A DNA stretch of 64,000 nucleotides. Source: Macrostomum lignano (taxonomy: Eukaryota). A model generated the notes under the pieces. The model was not told where the DNA came from, searched no databases, and was given only the letters and a program-made list of their open reading frames with translations. Position 1 is the stretch's first letter. The number at the start of each line of letters is the position of its first letter. Positions 62,301-64,000 of this stretch are shown here, one piece after another. A program made the position numbers and the translations under genes. Where the stretch lies: the NCBI GenBank assembly GCA_002269645.1, contig NIVC01000566.1:62001-126000 (forward strand), given 5' to 3'.

Positions 62301-62589
62301 ACAGCTTGGTCCGCTTCTTCATCACCTCGTACAGATTCTCCTGCATGTACTCGAATATCAGGTACAGGTAGTCGTTCTCGCGGACCACCTCCTTGAGGCG
62401 GACAATGTTGGGGTGGTTCAGCCGGCGAAGGGACTTCACTTCGCGAAGATTCAGGCACTCGTCCCAGTTGTAGAACTTCTTCTTCATCTTTTTGATGGCC
62501 ACCTTCTCGCTGGTCTCGGTGAGGGTGCCGAGCAGCACAGAGCCGTAGGTGCCATCGCCCAGCTGCTTGAGGGTCTGGTAGCGATTCAT
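59311..62589 (-). CDS. MAK: MAK/ICK(CILK1)-family Ser/Thr kinase, ~636 aa, 3 exons
   Basis: Exons 62589-61660, 60713-60165, 59742-59311, all phase 0. MNRY...[38 protein letters not shown] activation loop, C-terminal RTDWAAKY. Confidence 0.93.
59770..59970. repeat. 22-23 bp minisatellite (ggatttggggatgcggtttagg) in MAK intron 2
   Basis: About 9 copies next to the exon 3 acceptor. Confidence 0.92.
60830..61450. repeat. 27-28 bp minisatellite (cctcagattgggatctcaaattcccat) in MAK intron 1
   Basis: About 22 copies. Confidence 0.96.
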
Positions 62590-64000
62590 GCTACTGCGCT
62601 GCAGCACTGTTGTCTTCTGCTTCTGCTGTTGCTGCCGCGGCGGTCGGCTTAAGGTGACAGATAATAGTTATATCAATATTGAATTATATTTTAATAATAT
62701 GTAAGTACCTTAAAGTTACACTGCAGATTAGTGATAAAGTAAAAATTCAAACAATTCCAATTTAAACTTGATTTATTGACACCTTTATTAGTGGTGCTAT
62801 TATTTTTAATTATATTAGTCACTTTAAAACTTATGTCTGGAGATTTGACTTGAAATGATTTCCTTGAGCTTTATCTAAATCTATATAGTAATAGTAGAAT
62901 ATATTAATAGTAATAATATTAATACAAAAAGCTAACATGCTCTTAAAAAACTAAAAAATCTATACATGTTATCATTGCATATTTTTTGCATATAGGGCTT
63001 TTTAAACTGATTCTAGTTGTTATCTTAGCTATATTATATGTCAATTAAATAGACAGTTTTGAAGTCATTTTCCTTCATTTGAGAATCTATATAACATTCT
63101 TCTTTATTACTCTTAAGTATCTACATCAATTTCTAGTGATTTTGCCAATCAATGTGTTATTATCATTATGAATAAAGACATAGTATGCATGATAGCAAAG
63201 GAAATCAATGCCTATTTGCATGAGTAACAATGAAGATTTGTACAATCACATCAAACTATTATCTACTAGATTTTTAATTTTATAAGAGGCAAACATAACT
63301 TTAAATAACATTGCAGTAGAACCTCTATTAGCCAAAATGTTATTGGCAATATCCACCACCTTAATAATAATAGATAAATAACTACTGCTAAGATAATGGA
63401 CCCAATCATATTATTTCTTTGGTTTTGTCTATACACTTTTTAAGCTTTTATATTTACTTTTAATACTATTTTAATTTAATAACATTACTTTATTACTTTT
63501 TAATATGAACCTTTACCAAAAGGGTGCCTCTTTTAATGGAAAATTCAATTTATTATAATGTAATATATTATAGCTTGTAAAATGTATATAGAAATAAAAC
63601 ATTTGAAAATAAAAGATATGTCATATACATTCAAGACTTTAATCAAAATAACCATGATTAGTAGCCAATTGCATTCAAGACCCTTCCTTTGGCCTTGCAT
63701 GTACCATGATCATATACCAAATATAGTAGACTAAGGACCCCTTGTATTGTATATATGCTATAATTATATATCAAATGCTTTGTAGGTGGAGTTTGCCAAC
63801 CCCTGCTTCAGAGTTTAAGAAATCAATGGGATACTGTTGGCACTGGCTATTTATATCTGGGTTTTTTGTGTCATATATGCCATGACATATCGAAATTAAA
63901 AGTGGCATAATGATTTTGATACCATTATGCCAAAATGGTATAACCATTTTTGCCATTATGCCATTGCCAAATTGCCAATACTGAATCCCCAATTCCAAAT

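Overview
Eukaryotic (metazoan) genomic DNA with GC-rich exons, short GT-AG introns and about 23% tandem repeats (my summed estimate, ~14.6 kb). The style resembles the flatworm Macrostomum, but that is inference only. Host genes, all on the minus strand: NPC2 (3 exons), three tandem GT7 beta-1,4-galactosyltransferase-like paralogues, GTF2F1/RAP74 and a MAK/ICK kinase. Mobile DNA: an intact Chapaev-type transposon (806-4262, 226-bp TIRs, 4-bp TSD), several MITE/foldback-like elements and two tRNA-derived pieces. The most striking element is a 9,486-bp Polinton/Maverick-like unit (21278-30763) with ~905-bp TIRs and a perfect 6-bp TSD. Its only recognisable gene is a protein-primed DNA polymerase B split by six predicted spliceosomal introns, three of them in polymerase motifs A, B and C; no integrase, capsid, ATPase or protease gene was found. 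It has a 1-bp deletion in the YCDTDS motif, and its right TIR carries a diverged copy of the polymerase C-terminus. Also notable: the GT7 paralogues are mosaics with divergent C-terminal ends, and one contains an intronic minisatellite made of copies of its own 5' splice site. All gene models were built by hand and need RNA-seq confirmation.
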